A stretch of 64,000 bases of DNA, taken from NCBI GenBank assembly GCA_000091205.1, contig AP006490.2. One strand, given 5' to 3'. Both the position numbers and the translations under genes were made by a program. Source of the stretch: Cyanidioschyzon merolae (lineage: Eukaryota). Shown here piece by piece: positions 22,072-33,170 of the stretch. Below the pieces are notes generated by a model. The model worked only from the letters and a program-made list of their open reading frames with translations, did not search any database and was not told the DNA's origin. Position 1 is the stretch's first letter. Each line of letters opens with the position of its first letter.

Positions 22072-23368
22072 AGTCGAACTTGATACGTGGAATCACAGTC
22101 ATTTCAATGCGTGAAGGCGATATTTTTGGGTACTGGGCGAGGTCTCCATTGGCGACATCCTCGAAACCGTTACCACATCATGGAAATAAGATTCAGTCGG
22201 GCGGATATATCGGGGATCTGGTAGAGCATATGCGCGCTGCACGCGAAAGCAGCGCTTTTGCGTCGTATCCATCGTGCACTGCTGGGGCAAAGCATCAAGT
22301 TCCCGTAGAGTGTTTTCCAGATTCCATCGGATGCCGCGGCGTGTGCAGCGATGAGCGACAGTCTGTGTACGGGGTGTTCAGTTGCAGGCTGAAGATTGAA
22401 GCCGTTTACGCGTCCGTTAGCGTGTAAGGCACGCTCACGGAACGGCAGAGCAGCTCGGACCTCTGCGGTTGCTTTGCCTTGTGCAGCAGGAGTCTGGAGG
22501 ACCCCGACACATACGTTCCGACGTTTAGAGTAAAGACCAACCAGCCTCGCTAGCAAAACCGAGTACGGCAACGAAATCAACTTCGTGTCTGAATGAAATT
22601 TTTCAATGCTGCCGATTACGTAATATCCGATAACCTGTTACGTCGAACTGTACGAGATTCCCCGCATGTATCCTCGTCGCATAGCGCGTCTCGCGATAAC
22701 TGTTATGCCAGCGCTCTGCACGTGTGTACGTGCAATGGCTCGAATTTCCTTCGAAACCAGTCTGAAAGGCTGCATGATGCTGAACTTTTCACACCATCAC
22801 TTTTTGAGTTTCTCACAGTTCAGTATTTGGTGCGAGAGCAACGACCAGCCAGATGGCTCGCGAAACTCAGGACGGCACCGGTGAGGTCATCTGGCCAGCC
22901 TCGGACGCCGAATTCGGCATGCGGCTTTTACAATGATCCGGAGACTTCTCCAACGTGAGATTTTGCTGGTAACGCCATCAAGCTACGCAATCGCTTGTCC
23001 ACTGTCATGTGCCCCGAAATGAGCAGCTTCTCGACAGCCGCAGAGGCTGGCTTCGTACGCGAAGACTGTGTTCAGTATGTTGACAAATCAGTTGCGGAAA
23101 TTTTCATGTCACGTTGCCTGGCTCCACTCAGTTCACGGGAGAAGAAGATGATAGTTATTGCCGGAGGTTGCCAAGAGCCCGGTCTCACGGCGATTTCGTA
23201 CGGGACGGTGCTGGACGCAAACCCATTCAGTGAGTTTATCTGGCGAGGTATCTGTGCAAGCCCTCCGAAGTTAAAAAAATGACGTTTGCTAAACCCGCAT
23301 CGTTGCGCGCTCGAAAGTGCGGCTTTGCGATCATGAAATCTTCGGCAGAATGAAATGGAACTGATTCA

Positions 23369-24130
23369 GTTCGTAAACTCGGGAGTACACACCAAAACTT
23401 GATTTTCTTGTCACCATCATCGAGGTCAGTCTGTAGGGGCATTGTCTGGAACTGCTTCCTTTTCCTGTCTCTTATCTCCGGTTTTCAATACACCTGCCTT
23501 TTATTTTCATCCAACTCTATTGGCATCTGCAGAACGATATTCGTAACAGATTTAGTGACCAGATTTTGCTGCTTGCGGCTATGCGTCGAGCGATTTTTGG
23601 TGGTCTCCATTCAGTACGCAGCGTGGGCATGTTGCTGAAAGGCGGAAGAGTTTCGATAAGAGGAAATCTTTGACCAGGAGAGATAGGACTTCGTTCTCGC
23701 CTACAACTAGACACTGCTGTGGTATGGTCAGCAATGCCGCAACGCTGGAATATCGAGTATATTCACTGTGAGCGATATTCTTTGGCAAGCACTGAACGGT
23801 AGAGGTGCTCCATGATGCGATCTCGCTGCGCATATTTGCCGAGGGAGGCATAGGCGCGAGCGCACAAACACGCCGCTCCCTACGTTTACTCGACTTTTTT
23901 GACCAAGAACGCACCCATCGACAGAACGATCGGAGCAGCGCTTCGGCGATACTAAATGGTAGTGGAGCCTTGAAGACCACGTTCTGGCAGACACTAACCT
24001 GGCGTGCGCTGCGCTGCCCGACCAACTGCCCTCGAGCACCATGCAGCGGAGACGAGAGCTGCGCAACGTCTTCGCGGCACCAGCAGCATACGCAGTTTCG
24101 AATGATACGTTGAATAGCAATAGCCACGGA
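23369..24130 (-). mobile_element. family 2 TnpB-like element, 3'-terminal fragment with conserved terminal module
   Basis: ORF 23579..24127(-) ends ...LFRLSATCPRCVLNGDHQKSLDA, a CxxC Zn finger. The + strand 23372-23560 carries the conserved module (cgtaaactcgggagtacacaccaaaac...cttgtcaccatcatcgagg...ctggaactgcttccttttcctgtctcttatctccggtttt...tctattggcatctgcagaacg). Confidence 0.55.
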
Positions 24131-24221
24131 ACCCCTTCATCCTGTTGATGGCTATCTCCAGGATGCTCTAGAGTAACGCATGGCTAGCTTCGACTTAACA
24201 ACGGCGCTAAGTGTGCGTTCT

Positions 24222-25811
24222 CTATCGGGAAGGTAGAGTTGGTGCACGCACAGGGCTCTCGCCCGGCGCAGGGTAAATTTCTTGCGAGGTTTCTACTGAG
24301 GCTACCTGCTGAGGCGCTGGATAGTCCCCACGAGCGACAACCTCAAACTGATGGGCTACACCAGGCTGAGGAATTCGTGGCTGCATGCGGTACGGCACGC
24401 GGTAGATCGGGTGCATGCTACGATTCCCGAACTCGCGTTTGTAATCAATTTTCAGATGCGCATTTTCGAAATGTCGTGTGGTTGGAACAAAGTTACCGCT
24501 TCGGTACTGTTCGATTGCTCGATCGCGAGCCTTCTCCGAAACAAAGACAATAAATGCGAAACCACGCATCGGACGATAATCCACCTTGTGGATTGGACCA
24601 AATCGAGAAAATTCAGCGCGGATCAGATCTTCAGTACTCCCCGGAGGAACGCCGCCAACCCAAATCGTACAAGCAAATGGGAGGTCATCTGCTGCTTTCA
24701 CACCGGAAGACATGGGTATATTCGCTGGTACTGCACCGGGATTCATCCCATAGACAGGCTGTGGTGGTATGAAACCCGGCATCTGGTAGCGCCCCTGCAT
24801 CATTCGGGTCACGTCCGCTGAAGCCAGCACATGCGCATTCGGCAGAGTGCCGAAAGGGTACGGGAAAAAAGGCATCATGCCTGTGCGCTGGAAGTTGCCC
24901 GCGTACGAAAGCGGTTGCGGTGATGGTGCAAACGGGTACATCGGCCCCTGGTGCGCTGCAGGCATTATCACTCTCTCCTGCTCGGCGTCGAGGCCAGCGC
25001 GCGAGAATTGTGGAACGGAATCACTTTGACCATCGCTCGTGTGGGTTGCGGGCGGCAACCAATTCAGAATGTTGCCGTCTAAATAACGCAACACATCGTG
25101 ACATATCCAGACATGGATCGCATCCTGATTGTTATTGAAGAACGCAGCATTTTTTTCGTCGCTTTCCGCCTTCACTTGCTTAAGCCTGAGCCTAAACGTC
25201 TGGATGAATGGGAATAGCGCCACGTATTTCAGCAGCGACACTGGCACAGGCTCCGCATTCCATGCGGGACGAGGCACTTCCGACACATGGATGGAACCGA
25301 CTGCTACTACGTACACGTCGCTTGTCACCGAACCTGGGTGACCTGGGCTCGTGATTTCATCCACATCGTACGAGCTGATTCGAATATCGTAGTAAACCGC
25401 TGGAAGCGCGCTCTGGATCGCTGCTTGCAACAGTCCGACCGCAGTTTCAAGCGGCATCTGCTTTGGATCAAAACTAAACTCCGAGATACGAAACTCAGCG
25501 GGCGACCCAGAGCCACCGTCAACAGAAGCGTGAGGTACATCAGCCCTGCTCCAGCCCGCTGGGGCAGCGTCGCCAGGGCTCTCGGCTGCCGGGGTACGTG
25601 TCCCCGGCAGTGCCTCCTCAGGCAGAGACCCACTGCGCAGTGGGATCCACGGCAAGGTCACTCCACGCAAAACGTAATCACATGTAAGCTGACCTTCCTT
25701 GTCTACATAGAAGCGATGAAAACCTTCCAATTGTCTGCTTAGGGCGCTGTAGTAGGTTTGCAGGAAAGTCTCAATCAGCTGTTTGTGACTGTTGCTCGCT
25801 CCTTTTCCCAT
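24222..25811 (-). CDS. NTF2-like + RRM domain protein (G3BP-like)
   Basis: The N-terminal NTF2-like fold is HKQLIETFLQTYYSALSRQLEGFHRFYVDKEG...VYVVAVGSIHV, with a long insertion. The C-terminal RRM is FACTIWVGGVPPGSTEDLIRAEFSRFGPIHKVDYRPMRGFAFIVFVSEKARDRAIEQ. Confidence 0.7.
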   Translation of the reverse strand: MGKGASNSHKQLIETFLQTYYSALSRQLEGFHRFYVDKEGQLTCDYVLRGVTLPWIPLRSGSLPEEALPGTRTPAAESPGDAAPAGWSRADVPHASVDGGSGSPAEFRISEFSFDPKQMPLETAVGLLQAAIQSALPAVYYDIRISSYDVDEITSPGHPGSVTSDVYVVAVGSIHVSEVPRPAWNAEPVPVSLLKYVALFPFIQTFRLRLKQVKAESDEKNAAFFNNNQDAIHVWICHDVLRYLDGNILNWLPPATHTSDGQSDSVPQFSRAGLDAEQERVIMPAAHQGPMYPFAPSPQPLSYAGNFQRTGMMPFFPYPFGTLPNAHVLASADVTRMMQGRYQMPGFIPPQPVYGMNPGAVPANIPMSSGVKAADDLPFACTIWVGGVPPGSTEDLIRAEFSRFGPIHKVDYRPMRGFAFIVFVSEKARDRAIEQYRSGNFVPTTRHFENAHLKIDYKREFGNRSMHPIYRVPYRMQPRIPQPGVAHQFEVVARGDYPAPQQVASVETSQEIYPAPGESPVRAPTLPSR

Positions 25812-27089
25812 GTGTGATCAACAAGCCAGAATTGGCTCAGTCCCGTCACGGCAATACTGTTCTGCGCAGTACTTGGCCCTCAGGTTCCCCGTGAAGAGTC
25901 TCTCTCTCCACGGTCACGCGTCCACCGTGAAGGCTGCCGCACAACTCGCACCAACGATAACGCTCTGTCTACGCGTATCGTAGTCGGCTGCGCGCGAGCG
26001 ATGTGACCGAAGCGCATGGAACAGCATCACGTGACATTTCACGGCGAGCCAGGCAGGGCCTGCGGATCATGCGATGCTCGCATTCCGCACGCGCACGCAC
26101 CTGGCACCATCGTCTCGAACCCGTCAGCGCAAAATGGTAGAATCGCGCTTTCCCGTAGCCTGAGACATGCCCTGAGGAACAGAGCGGCATCATCGATGGG
26201 TCCGGAAGAGACGGCCATTACAGTCGAACTTTCTAGAAGATAGCCGTCGACAAACATTGGGGACTGGCTTTTATGAGGAACGGTGCCGCTTGCACTAACT
26301 GGTATCTGGGCAGTCTGCATGTGCGCAGCGCGCTTGAGGCGCTTTCATGCGTGCTGCAGAATGGGGCATAATGCCTGCTGTGAGGGGCGAATGCACGGAA
26401 TGGGATCAATGAGGCTGGCAGCGTTTGGAACGTTTCGGGTCAACGTTGCGGTGGGAAAGTCGAACGAAGCGAGCATGGCAGGTATGCAAGCGATTCCGAA
26501 AACCCAATCATGAAACGGTTCCGAAACCGCGGCAGTCGATTCAGTGGGTACTCGATGCCTGTGGGATCGCGGCGTTCAGAAGCATCGACGGACAGCATCT
26601 GATATGAACGCGCATCCTGACGCTGTTTCGTCAACGTATTAGAGGATTGATATAGGGCCAACACATCAAGGACCGGCCTCATGCGATCAAATGAGGCTGC
26701 ATTGCGGAACCGATCCCTGTCGCGAACGGGATGGCTTTCGGATGAACGAACAGAGGTAGCGCACCCCCTGCGCATTCTATCAAGCTGCAAAGTGAGACAC
26801 GACAAGCAAAGGCACGCAAACAATCAACCTTGATGTAGGCGTCGTCCGCAAACGCCCGCTACAACACTTCTACGGATCACGTGCTTTTGAGAATCAAGGC
26901 ACGGTAGAAAAGCGAAAGCTTTCGTTACCGTCTTTGCACAGGGTCGCTGCAGCGCGCCGCCTGTTATGCTGTGTGGACGATGGCCCCGGGGGCTGGCGAT
27001 CGATCCAATTTTTCTTCATTGACAAAACGTTTACCTAGACCAGCGATCTCCGTTTATGCGCTTTTTCCTTTCTTTTTGTGTTTTTTCTC

Positions 27090-27300
27090 AGCGCACGGTG
27101 AAGTATCCATCAAACCCCTACCTCCAATTTACATTACCTATACTTCTTCTCGGATATACTGGTCGTTTCGTACGTCCAATCGTGTGCCTAGTGCCTGCCG
27201 AAAGCGACAGCAATAGCGCCTACAGCGCCGGTGCGGTCGCTGCACGGAGACAGAACGGCGTTGCTGTACCACAGAGCGCGTCGGCTCGAGGATTGATCCG
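27090..27300 (+). repeat. dispersed repeat (family 4), second copy at 49380-49580
   Basis: The block cctccaatttacattacctatacttcttctcggatatactggtcgtttcgtacgtccaatcgtgtgcc...ggcgttgctgtaccacagagcgcgtcggctcgagg here matches cctccaaattccattatttatacttgctttcgggtgtactggtcgttttgtacgttccatcgtgtgcc...agcgttgccataccgctgagggcgtcggctcgagg at 49.4 kb. By eye this is about 75% identity. Confidence 0.55.
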
Positions 27301-27388
27301 TGGGGCGCGCGGGAGCGCGTCTTCCGTTGACGCCACTCTACTTGGGAGCCGCGCTCGGCAGGTGCACCCCTGGAGAGCGAGCTCAGCC

Positions 27389-28408
27389 ATGGGTAGCGAA
27401 CTTGAGACTGGACACGCGGACCGGAGCACAAGTCGCTCTGATGATGGGCCAACGCCGACCCAAGGTTCTTTTGAACCTGGGGAAGAACCTTCGGAGCTAC
27501 ACCGTTCGCGCACGGAGGCCACGACGCCTCCGAATCGCTCGCGCCTCCGCCAGATTCTCTGCGAAGAGCCTTCCACCGAACTGGTTCACTCGTGGATTGG
27601 TCCATCTGATGAAGTGGAACAGAAAGGAACGCCGCGGAGCGTCCCAAAAACTGAAACGAAGCTTTTGACACGAACAGCTTACTCGGAACTGCGGAGAAAC
27701 CTAAAATCGGAACGGCTCAATCGTAGGCTTTTCATGAAAGAACTTGACGAGGCCGTTACTGATTTTGAGCGGACCGAAATTATTCTGCGTTCACAAGAGC
27801 GCGAGCTTCACCAGGGTCTAGCTCTCCTGAACCATCAGGCAAGTGGGTCAGCCGAGGCGAGTGCCGCCCCGAGTCCGAACAGACCGAGCCCTGAAATTGT
27901 ACAGGGCAGTTCGGTACTTCGGCGACGGAGACTGACGCCTGCGCGGGAACGCAGTTCAGGTTTAGACCCTGGCCTGGCAGCTCTGAGGCTCGATGCCGCT
28001 GATGTTGAAATTGAAAAGCTCGGGGCCGAAACGAAAGCAATTTTCCTACAAACGCAGCAGGTCTCGGCGTCACTTGCACAGATGGCCCAAGTGTTGGGGA
28101 CGCTGCTCAATTCAATGAACGATTTGAATCGAAGAGAACCGCTCGACGAAACTCGTTCTAGTCAGGGACACGCTCCGGCTGACGTGCACGAAACCAGCAC
28201 GGAGCGTCGCACGGAATCGGGTGCGCAGACCTATCCGGCTTCGTTCTGGAAGGAACCAGCATGCAGTCAGCAGCACGTTTGCCAATCGAAGAGAACGAGC
28301 ATGAGCGCGCTGCTTAAGGTCGGTGGTGCTCTCACTGTGCTATCTGTTCCTGTCTATCTGTTGGTGCTCTGGTTGCTCTTTGAAGAAATGACGTACTGGC
28401 TCGTGTAG
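27389..28408 (+). CDS. tail-anchored coiled-coil membrane protein (function unknown)
   Basis: The ORF is open from 27056, but its first ~110 codons overlap a dispersed repeat, so the Met at 27389 (MGSELETGH...) is the more plausible start. The acidic N-terminus is low-complexity. Heptad-like segments follow (ELHQGLALLNHQ..., IEKLGAETKAIFLQTQQVSASLAQMAQVLGTLLNSMNDLN). A single C-terminal TM (ALLKVGGALTVLSVPVYLLVLWLLF) lies 8 residues from the stop. Confidence 0.4.
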   Translation: MGSELETGHADRSTSRSDDGPTPTQGSFEPGEEPSELHRSRTEATTPPNRSRLRQILCEEPSTELVHSWIGPSDEVEQKGTPRSVPKTETKLLTRTAYSELRRNLKSERLNRRLFMKELDEAVTDFERTEIILRSQERELHQGLALLNHQASGSAEASAAPSPNRPSPEIVQGSSVLRRRRLTPARERSSGLDPGLAALRLDAADVEIEKLGAETKAIFLQTQQVSASLAQMAQVLGTLLNSMNDLNRREPLDETRSSQGHAPADVHETSTERRTESGAQTYPASFWKEPACSQQHVCQSKRTSMSALLKVGGALTVLSVPVYLLVLWLLFEEMTYWLV

Positions 28409-29131
28409 GAGTGAAGCGCGGGTAATCTCGCAAGAAGAATACTGATCTTTAGTGGATAGCATAGATCGCCACAGGAGACCTTGGCAGGGCCGCGAAGATC
28501 CTCACATACCCTCTGGTGCGAGACAGAAAGCGTCACGGGTAGTGGATCGCAGTCGAAGAGCGTCGGCGATGAACTGCTCCAGGGACCTGCTGTCCCTGTT
28601 CAAACGATCTCTCGAGCGCAGATGCAACAATTCACGGAAAAGATTGGATCCGAACCCTTCAACTGTACATTGCTTACAAGGGAGAAAGAGCGATGCCGGT
28701 ACATTTTCCCTTTCATACGATGGTGCAGCCTTGTGTCGCTAGGGCATTGTCGCCTGTTCCAATGATCGTTTTCTAAAAAAGCTTGCTCCAGTCTCTGTGC
28801 ACCGAGGCAACAATTGCAGCGCTGCGAAGAACGCCATAGAAGATTGCATCGACGGGGAGCTTAGCTGAACGCCTGCCGCGGCGAGCTGTCCAGAGCATCC
28901 GGTCGTATTCCGGACACAGTCCATGAGCATCGTTTCCCGCTGCGGACGCTCGCATCGAACACTTTGATATGGTTGCAGATTTGCAGCAAAATGAACCGCT
29001 TTACTTGATATTTGGAGGCGTCTGTCCGTTCTCCATGTCACAAAACGTCTCAAAACTTTACAGGTGAGAAAATTGGTAAGCGTATGGCTTCAGGCTGCGC
29101 ACCGAGCGCGCCGCGCCCTCTATAAACGCAG

Positions 29132-29839
29132 CTAGAGCTCTTCGCCGTCCGGGCACTCTTCTATACGAGGTCCTTGGCCTGTCTTGCTTTCAAGCGCTCT
29201 TGCTTCAAATCCTCGATTTGCGATTGTTCGGTTCTCCCCAGTGCTGGAGTCACGCACGGTGCGAGTTTCCTCCACGGTGCCGTCGGGGGCGCGTCTCGTG
29301 GTTACGGTTTCCTCGTAGACGCTCCCGTCCGGCCTTGTGCGTCGAATGGTTCGGGTCGACTGCGCGAAACTATGCTCAGACGTGTCTGCAAGAACGCTAT
29401 CGAACGTACTGAATGCCCCAAAATGGCTATCAAGGTTGCGGAAAACAGAGTCCATCTCCGTCATCATGCTGCGCATCATAGAGAATGGATCACTAAAGCT
29501 ATCGCCGCCCCAGATACTCAACGCGTCCCGGTTCAGTAAGTCGCGATGGTGGTGTCCCGGGTAGTCCCACGCGTCCACGCCCGCCGAGCTTTGCGCTTCG
29601 TTCTCGTCGGGAGGCTCTTCGATTATGGGTCTCGCACGACTTTCAACCCCATAGCCCAGGTGCGTGTCGTCGTAAAAGTCGTTAGACGAACTAACGTTCT
29701 CTGTGCGCGAATTCGTGGACCGATCCTTTGATGAGTTTCGGGAGCTGAAAAGTCTTCCGAACCCTGGCATTTTCCGCAGAGCGACACCTACAAAACGAAG
29801 GCTCGCGATCAACTGGTACAGTTTGCACGCGTCAATCAT
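29132..29839 (-). CDS. myeloid leukemia factor (MLF) family protein
   Basis: DPFSMMRSMMTEMDSVFRNLDSHFGAFS...EHSFAQSTRTIRRTRPDGSVYEETVTTRRAPDGTVEETRTVRDSSTGENRTIANRGF...KTGQGPRIEE aligns by eye with the conserved core of animal MLF1/MLF2 (HSF-x-S...TRRAPGG-x-ETR...DS-x-G...KTG..EE). The likely start is the Met at 29770 (MPGFGRLFSS..). Confidence 0.65.
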   Translation of the reverse strand: MIDACKLYQLIASLRFVGVALRKMPGFGRLFSSRNSSKDRSTNSRTENVSSSNDFYDDTHLGYGVESRARPIIEEPPDENEAQSSAGVDAWDYPGHHHRDLLNRDALSIWGGDSFSDPFSMMRSMMTEMDSVFRNLDSHFGAFSTFDSVLADTSEHSFAQSTRTIRRTRPDGSVYEETVTTRRAPDGTVEETRTVRDSSTGENRTIANRGFEARALESKTGQGPRIEECPDGEEL

Positions 29840-30974
29840 AGATCGGCTCGGGGCGTCACGGCGCGGCAGAGGATCGCGGATGCGTTTCTGATTGTCCGCG
29901 GTCTCGCGCTGCCCAGCGGTGCATCTGCTGGTGCTCGGGGATCTCTGGTTGGACCCACCGAACTTACACCGAACAGATTGCTATGTCTCAGCTATAGCGC
30001 GGGCGATCTGTCACCCGACGTCCTTGCCTAACGGTCTCTATGCGAGGCATATCTGGTTCGATTCATCGACCGCATTCCGTAAGAAACAGGTTACGTTTCT
30101 GGATTGGGAAGCGCTGGGTAGCTCGCGAATCTGCCGAAAGCACGCCTTCTGCACTTTCCGCGATCAAGGCTGTGTCATCCGGAACATGGCAGGGTATGGT
30201 ACTGCATGCCTGGCGTGCCTATACAAACTGCGGACGGGATCGGGTCGATGCGATTCCACTACTGGAGAGTGCGCGCGCCGTTGCAGGGCAACTGTTTTCC
30301 GTCGCCATGCGAATGCAATCGGTCGTGTTGCCGGACCCAGGTGCAAGGCGCAGAAGTCCAGTGTACCTACGACGATTGCGATGCAGAACGTGCGATGACG
30401 CGCAACGTGCCTGCGACGGGCATGGCACCTGTAACGCCGCTGGATCCCCCGAGTCCCTCCTCTATAAAGGGGTTCGATCTGGAGCATGTGATGCATAGAC
30501 GCGCCTTTAGACGATTTCAGAAATTATTATAGATTCGAGCCAGTTTCATCGCTACCTCGGCAACTAGTTGAGGTCATCGATCTGACACCGCACGAATACA
30601 GACACGCAGCCAAGGCGGGCATCATCGACGATTTTTCTGGTGCAGGATCGATGCATCCAGTCCCCGATTTTGGTGTTCAGGCTATCGGCGTCCATTTGCG
30701 ATATCGAAGACGCTCTCCCGGGCGCGGCTGGCAGTCGTGAAATCGGGCATTCCGTGTTTCTGTCAACGCTCTGTCGACCAAGAGAGCATATGCGCTCCTG
30801 CTGCCGCCGCAGCAGCTGCCTGGCGCAGGTGCGACGTCCAAGCCGCAATCGCCGCCCGCATCCGTGCCCGGCTGCCGTCACGTGACATGGCGTGCGCGGC
30901 GTCCACGCCGACGCGCGGGTTGGCCATAAGAATGGCATTGACGGGTATTGAGTATATCCTGCGCTCGGTCGAGA
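29840..30974. promoter_or_regulatory. GC-rich divergent intergenic region between MLF-like (-) and RPS14 (+) genes; putative bidirectional promoter
   Basis: This is 1.1 kb between two divergently oriented start codons. It is very GC/CpG-rich, with spurious ORFs open in all six frames (29892..30398, 30040..30498, 30164..30496 and others), as is typical of GC-island sequence rather than coding. Confidence 0.3.
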
Positions 30975-31427
30975 ATGGCATCGAAAAAGCGTCAGGCAGT
31001 TGTTTCCGAAGAGGTTTCTCAAGGGCCGCAACTCCGTGAAGGTGAAGAGTGCTTTGCGGTTTGCCACATTTACGCATCTTTCAATGACACCTTCATCCAT
31101 GTCACGGATCTGTCGGGTCGAGAGACCTTTGTCCGGCGGTCTGGCGGCATGGAAGTGAAGGCCGATCGGGATGAGTCCTCGCCGTACGCAGCCATGATTG
31201 CCACACAGAAAGTTGCTGAGCGTTGTAAGGAGCTAGGCATTACTGCGTTGCATATCAAAGTGCGTGGCACTGGCGGATCCAAGGCTAAAACCTTTGGGCC
31301 GGGAGCTCAGGCCGCTATCCGGGCGTTAGCTCGCAGCGGGATGAAGATTGGACGCCTCGAGGACGTGACGCCCATACCACATGACGGTACCAGGCGAAAA
31401 GGAGGTCGCCGTGGTCGAAGACTCTAG
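30975..31427 (+). CDS. RPS14: 40S ribosomal protein S14 (uS11)
   Basis: [150 protein letters not shown] is near-identical to eukaryotic RPS14 over its full length. The ORF opens at 30948 and the likely start Met is at 30975. Confidence 0.95.
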   Translation: MASKKRQAVVSEEVSQGPQLREGEECFAVCHIYASFNDTFIHVTDLSGRETFVRRSGGMEVKADRDESSPYAAMIATQKVAERCKELGITALHIKVRGTGGSKAKTFGPGAQAAIRALARSGMKIGRLEDVTPIPHDGTRRKGGRRGRRL

Positions 31428-32381
31428 GCTGTACTGTCCGCTGGGGGCACACTGCGGCGCTTCTCTGTTACTGGCGTCGCTTAGAGTATGACATCGAGGG
31501 TAGCTGTTGGCGTCTCCGAGCGTTTTCCGCTTTATCCAGCGTTCACGATCTATCTACAGTGTAGCGCCCCAAATTCTGAGAACTGGAAAGAAGCGAGCGC
31601 AAATGCGTTCCCTTTCTGTGAGCCCTCTTGGCTGCTGCGAGACAACAGCAAAGCCACACTGAAAAGGCAGAGCTCCGACAACATTTTGGGGTCTTCCAAA
31701 ACTTGATAGGATCCGTGCGCGCCCCAGATAAACGATTTTACCACGTATTTCACTTGTGACAGTGGACGTTTTCACGGGAATCTCCTCGAAGCACTGGGCA
31801 GCCGCGTCGGGGTACGCACTTGCATGTTTTGGCGATGCCCGATCTACACAGGGCTCGTTGCATCGAGTCGCATGGCGTCGGTCCTCGCAGATAGCATCGT
31901 AAGATGAGGCATCTTGAGGCAGCTTCAGTCTTGACTGGCCTCCGTGGAGTGGTTGGCATTTGCCGGTGTCACGATCGAATGTACATGCCAAGGTTCAGCG
32001 ATCGCAGATACATCTTTGTGACTGCTGGTTCACTCAGAGCATCTTGCTGCTCTCCGTTCGCTACGTACAATGCATACTGATTGAATCACCGGGGCAAAAT
32101 GAATCAGTTCTGTCATGTTGCTGGCATCGCGCAACCCTAACTCGCGCGCCGTGCGTCGTGTCGCATCCGGTCGCTCTACAGCTGGCAAGGGACTATGCAG
32201 GCAGCAACTGCACTGCTGCTGGCGACGAGGCCTATGCCAGCCCGAGGAGGATTCTCTGCTACAGGTTCTGGTCAGACGATTTTCATCGTATGCTGCATAA
32301 AGAAGAGGGAGCTACATCATTAATTTGATGTTTTTTTAAGAAATACAACCACGCCAGGAGAAAGGTAAAAGTTCCCTGAAC

Positions 32382-33170
32382 ACAAGCGCATACGATAAAG
32401 TTTGGGTTTCTTGCCACTGTCATCAGCACTAGCCTTTGGGGGGGGGGGGGTTCTCTGCACCTGCTTCCTTTTCCGCTCTCATATCTACGGCTCGAAGTAT
32501 CCCGATCTCTCGCTACCTTCTAGCGCCGTTCTCAGCTGTCCTTAGATATTGATTTCGGCGTTAAAGTCCCGACTTTGCCGCTTCCAACTGTTGTTCACGC
32601 AATGCATACACAGGAAAAAGTTGCAATCTACGCTTCGTTCGTTTTTTATCATCTTCATACACAGCCTGGTTGCCCATTTGCAGTGTTGAAAATTGACTGT
32701 GATCTGATGTTCGCTTGTGTCGAGCACAACGTCCGCACCGAGAACCGCCCTGTGGCACGTAAACGCACGCTTCGTCGCTCAGTATCTGCCCTTGATGGAT
32801 ACAGAAGGCTTCTATCGATGCTGCGCTACTTTCCGCACCCGGTTTCGTACCCTGGGATCACGTGCTTCTTTGTGGAGACCCCCTCGACGAGTACGCTGTC
32901 CGCTGCAGAAGCGAAACGCTATTCTACTCGATAGAGGATTTGCGGAATGCAGTGTTGTCCGTTGAGCCACAAGTACCGAGAAGAAGATTCAAGCGGGGGC
33001 GAAAGCCAGGAAATTTCGATTCGTTTATGCTCCCTTTGTGCAAAGAGTTGACGCGCTCCCCACTGGAAGTGGTTGATGGTGTGGCTGAAGTCTCAGACCA
33101 AGACCCTTGCCGTGCAAAAAAGAGGGTCAGAAAACCTCCGGGCGCATATCCCGTGGCGGGGATCATGATG
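32382..33170 (-). mobile_element. family 2 TnpB-like element, longest fragment (C-terminal ~200 aa equivalent + terminal module)
   Basis: ORF 32542..32727(-) ends ...HCKWATRLCMKMIKNERSVDCNFFLCMHCVNNSWKRQSRDFNAEINI (Zn finger + RuvC-III). Upstream, 32924..33166(-) contains LLLGTCGSTDNTAF, which is RuvC-I-like. The + strand 32384-32530 carries the conserved module (gcgcatacgataaagtttgg...cttgccactgtcatcagcac...G13 run...ctgcacctgcttccttttccgctctcatatctacggctcg). Confidence 0.55.

Noticed and set aside
27056-27388. N-terminal 111 codons of ORF 27056..28408 (MRFFLSFCVF...) as a signal peptide or presequence of the tail-anchored protein
   Set aside because: This stretch coincides with the family-4 dispersed repeat. 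The other copy at 49.4 kb shows the same apparent peptide similarity at the level expected from 75% DNA identity alone, and it is not attached to any gene. The start is therefore more likely the Met at 27389.
27389-28408. Calling the tail-anchored coiled-coil protein a SNARE/syntaxin
   Set aside because: In SNAREs the heptad SNARE motif runs directly into the TM anchor. Here about 60 non-heptad, Cys/Ser-rich residues separate the coiled coil from the TM, and no Q/R layer pattern is evident.
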